Shown here piece after piece: positions 60,962-64,000 of a stretch of 64,000 nucleotides of DNA; the stretch's first letter is position 1, and every line of letters starts with the position of its first letter. The notes beneath the pieces were generated by a model. The model was not told the DNA's origin. It ran no database searches and worked only from the letters and a program-made list of their open reading frames with translations. The stretch is taken from the IMG/VR virus record IMGVR_UViG_3300027759_000001; one strand, written 5' to 3'. The DNA comes from a virus. Lineage: Duplodnaviria; Caudoviricetes. A program made the translations under genes and the position numbers.

Positions 60962-61261
60962 ATGGAAGAGATATTAGAAGTTTTCAACAAAGTTATTAAC
61001 AAAAGTGGTAGTACCATAACCCTGACATATTGTCACCATAACTTTTCTGGCACGTGTGTTTACGAACAGGTGACTACAAAGGGACTAAAGAAACCAATTG
61101 TTCAAAACTTTTTGGTATTAACTTCAACTGACATGGGAGATGTGATAGAGTATGTGCACAAAAAATCCCCACTATCAAGTGAGGATCTTACATCTATGAA
61201 TAAACTAATCAGAGATCATTCGTTGTTGGTAGTTGAGAACTACCTTAATGATCACCATTAG
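60962..61261 (+). CDS. hypothetical protein
   Basis: ORF with TATTTAT at 60937/60941. Confidence 0.55.
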   Translation: MEEILEVFNKVINKSGSTITLTYCHHNFSGTCVYEQVTTKGLKKPIVQNFLVLTSTDMGDVIEYVHKKSPLSSEDLTSMNKLIRDHSLLVVENYLNDHH

Positions 61262-61437
61262 GTCGGGGGGTCAAGGTCTTCATCGGTAATTAAAGTCCTA
61301 CGGATCCAGTTCCCCAATTTAGAGTGGGGGAACCTAACTAGGATGAAGACACAGAGTATAAGTAATAATAGGTACATTATAGACACAATGGCCAAATACA
61401 ATAATATATTACTTAATATGTTAATTATCGTCATCAT
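61258..61437 (-). CDS. 59-aa membrane protein
   Basis: Hand translation MMTIINILSNILLYLAIVSIMYLLLLILCVFILVRFP...; minus promoter 61521. Confidence 0.6.
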   Translation of the reverse strand: MMTIINILSNILLYLAIVSIMYLLLLILCVFILVRFPHSKLGNWIRRTLITDEDLDPPT

Positions 61438-61577
61438 TATTATATATCCAATTAAAAATTACCAACCCAAATATTATTATCCATAACACAACATATACAT
61501 CTATGTTACTATTCATAATACAAAGGTAGGTAAAATAAATCTTGGGGACAAGTGTTACGAGTAAATAATTATCAGAC

Positions 61578-61663
61578 CCTTATTTTTTTTTATAAGGTAG
61601 GTTGGAGTCTACACTCCAAGGGGATATACTTTCCCCCAGCCCGTTTCGGACTTAACCACCAAC
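61578..61663 (-). ncRNA. candidate structured small RNA
   Basis: Four consecutive hairpins directly after minus-strand promoter 61668. Confidence 0.4.
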
Positions 61664-61712
61664 ATAACAAAGGTACAAATTATTTTTGACATAACCTAAT
61701 ATTTATAGTAGT

Positions 61713-62207
61713 ATGTTAACAAAAAAACAAGAACAGGGGTTAAGGATATTGGAGAGTATAGTCCAATCACAATATCCATTCGTGGTGTCACTAAGTAAGT
61801 CAGATAAATATAGATTAGATGAATACGCAACAACAATGGGGATCATATTAGAGATAGATCCAACTACATTAAGTAAGTTCGTAGGTCTACCATTCGCCAA
61901 GAAGTTTAAGGAGACCCCAAGTATATGGGATTACTATATGAGGGATCGTGATCTATCATATATCCTTCACCTGTTTGAAGATGAACACCAACACATAATG
62001 GGGTGGCAGTTTAACAAAGGTATGGAAGAGTTCATTACTAAGGTATACAGTCAACTCCCCACCAACATGAGGGTGAACATATATAGTGATTCCCCTGACT
62101 ATGACATACCTGATTGGGCAAGGAGAACATTACATAGTCCGAGATCATTAACCATTGATAGATTCTTCTTGGCACCAGATAGTAAACCTCCTAAGTTTGA
62201 GGACTGA
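61713..62207 (+). CDS. hypothetical protein
   Basis: 164-aa ORF. Confidence 0.75.
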   Translation: MLTKKQEQGLRILESIVQSQYPFVVSLSKSDKYRLDEYATTMGIILEIDPTTLSKFVGLPFAKKFKETPSIWDYYMRDRDLSYILHLFEDEHQHIMGWQFNKGMEEFITKVYSQLPTNMRVNIYSDSPDYDIPDWARRTLHSPRSLTIDRFFLAPDSKPPKFED

Positions 62208-62496
62208 CACCATGTCATGTTCATAACTTCTTATAACTAAACTTATACACCCCCCATTGTTAATAACTTTATATATGACAAGGGGATCCTGGCATACCCC
62301 CTCCCATATGGGGGTCTTGGCATATGTACCCCTCCCCCCCTCCGTATCCCCCCCATATATGACATTTTGACAGGTAGAAAGGGGGTTCAATGGCGTGAAT
62401 GAAATATTGGTAAAAAAAATTCTGGAAAAATTTTTGGGAAAAAATTGGAACTATTTCCCCATTCCAATTATAGAGTGATGGTATATTTATTGGTAT

Positions 62497-62802
62497 ATGA
62501 ATCACAAGTTAAAAAAAATTGTTAGGGGGGTATTAAGGGAAGAAATGAAACCCCCAAATTATATCAAGAGAAGATATATTTGTATGGATAAATATATAAC
62601 AAAATTAGAAAATGGGGAAGAAACCCTCCCTATAAGAATAAGACGATTAGATTGGACTCATTACCAAATAATAGTGACCGCTTTTATAAGATCTAATTGT
62701 GACGATGGTGATGGGTATTATGATCCAATTATACATTCAAAGATTATGGATACATTTGGTGATAGATTATATGAATGGTATAACGATAATATTGATATAT
62801 GA
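62497..62802 (+). CDS. hypothetical protein with leader
   Basis: MNHKLKKIVRGVLREE; YIKRR. Confidence 0.8.
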   Translation: MNHKLKKIVRGVLREEMKPPNYIKRRYICMDKYITKLENGEETLPIRIRRLDWTHYQIIVTAFIRSNCDDGDGYYDPIIHSKIMDTFGDRLYEWYNDNIDI

Positions 62803-63143
62803 ATAACAAGTTAAAAAAAATTATTAGGGGAGTATTAATGGAATCTTTAACTGAGTCAGAACCTCTTTGGTATAGATTACCTAATAATATACTTAATGAA
62901 TTGGGGATTGAATTATATAACCCTGATGATGAGGCTTATGTTGTTGAGATACATTTTGATACTAAGAACGTATTGATTCAATTATATACAGTAGAATTTA
63001 ACGAATTGGTTCCGTATTGGAATTCTAATCAAATACCTGGTAATATAAAAGATAATTTTGATATACCTTTAAGTGAAATCCCAAAAAGTTTAAAAAGTCT
63101 TATCTTTAGAAGATTAAACCCTAGTTATCACAAATACCTATGA
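62799..63143 (+). CDS. hypothetical protein with leader
   Basis: MNNKLKKIIRGVLMESLTES. Confidence 0.8.
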   Translation: MNNKLKKIIRGVLMESLTESEPLWYRLPNNILNELGIELYNPDDEAYVVEIHFDTKNVLIQLYTVEFNELVPYWNSNQIPGNIKDNFDIPLSEIPKSLKSLIFRRLNPSYHKYL

Positions 63144-63421
63144 AGATCATTATAACGGAATCACAATATAATAGAATATGGTTACTACGAAGATATAAAT
63201 TAGTCAGGGATAGTTTTGATGAAATTCTTATGTATATTAAAAATCCTTGTGTGTATGATTCTTTTGAACATTACGAAAGAACATTTGTGGATCTTATGTT
63301 GGATGAACTTCACCCCGAATATTATTTGATTGATAATTTTGATTATGAAGGGATGATCTCCGAACTAAAGGATATGTTCTATGTTGAGTTAACCGAATTA
63401 TACTACGAACGTAATTGTTAA
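63140..63421 (+). CDS. leader + RR..PC.Y domain
   Basis: MKIIITESQ; WLLRRY..NPCVY. Confidence 0.8.
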   Translation: MKIIITESQYNRIWLLRRYKLVRDSFDEILMYIKNPCVYDSFEHYERTFVDLMLDELHPEYYLIDNFDYEGMISELKDMFYVELTELYYERNC

Positions 63422-63488
63422 TATATTAATCCCCCCTTCAACAAATAGTTTTTTGTTTTATAAACTATTTATTAGTAAATAATATACT

Positions 63489-63737
63489 ATGGGAAGATTA
63501 ACAGAATCAGATTTATCACGTATTGTTAAACGTGTTGTTAATGAAAATCATAACCCTTTAGATAGACTTAGGGATGATTTAAATTTGATATCACGAAAAC
63601 TTTTAAGATCTATGGATGAATATTCAACATTAACTAAAAAAGGGGATTATAAAAGAATGGGTGATGAAGTTGATAACCTTAGAAGAATGGTTCGTAGGTT
63701 AAAAGACGTTATCCAAGAAATAGAAACTAAAATATAA
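63489..63737 (+). CDS. leader + coiled-coil protein
   Basis: MGRLTESDLSRIVKRVVNE. Confidence 0.8.
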   Translation: MGRLTESDLSRIVKRVVNENHNPLDRLRDDLNLISRKLLRSMDEYSTLTKKGDYKRMGDEVDNLRRMVRRLKDVIQEIETKI

Positions 63738-63755
63738 ATTAGAAAAGAACAAACT

Positions 63756-64000
63756 ATGAAAATCATTATAACAGAACGACAGTCCAAACTATTAAGACGT
63801 ATTATTAGTGAAGAATCGGATTACGAAATGGATGAAATAATTTATGATATTAAAACAACAGATTGTGAAGGATCTAGTCTTGGTAATATGTCTTCAATGG
63901 GCGTTGATGAGGATGAGGATGGAAACATTGTTGTATTTATCAGATATTGTAAAGGTGATGACGAGGAGTTAGAACATCTTAAAATGAAAGCAAGAATGGA
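63756..64000 (+). CDS. 3'-truncated protein with leader
   Basis: MKIIITERQSKLLRRIISEE..., open to window end. Confidence 0.75.
   Translation, partial: MKIIITERQSKLLRRIISEESDYEMDEIIYDIKTTDCEGSSLGNMSSMGVDEDEDGNIVVFIRYCKGDDEELEHLKMKARM

Noticed and set aside
61570-61665. Hammerhead ribozyme (GAAAC present)
   Set aside because: The only nearby core-like segment is CTGATAA, not CUGANGA, and the stems do not fit the topology.
62148-62505. Minus-strand ORFs across the C-rich island
   Set aside because: Gly-rich translations result from homopolymer runs; no supporting motifs.

Overview
AT-rich, gene-dense 64-kb segment of a large (jumbo-type) dsDNA phage. The host is very probably a Bacteroidota cell: many TTG-N19-20-TAnnTTTG promoters, a T9SS-tailed secreted protein, and A-rich, Shine-Dalgarno-less starts. 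No core virion, replication, cas, RT or integrase genes and no tRNAs were recognised; standard code 11 reads cleanly. Content: auxiliary metabolism (glnII, thyA, Trx/Grx, rmlB/C/D, GT2, LpxH-like, YceI), a dispersed RNA end-healing/sealing toolkit, an N4/N6 DNA methylase, a pyrimidine-dimer glycosylase, peptidoglycan-active and annexin-like proteins, two free-standing endonucleases and a 1.2-kb non-coding region. About 25 proteins share short N-terminal leaders ending in [ILV]-x-E, mostly behind a TATTTAT motif (candidate head-packaged, injected cargo). The most striking feature is a 36-nt-repeat / 30-nt-spacer array (28895-29521) with class 2 CRISPR geometry and repeat similarity, read in frame inside ORF 28613-29683 and apparently under protein-level selection. 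All family assignments come from motif recognition by eye, not database searches.
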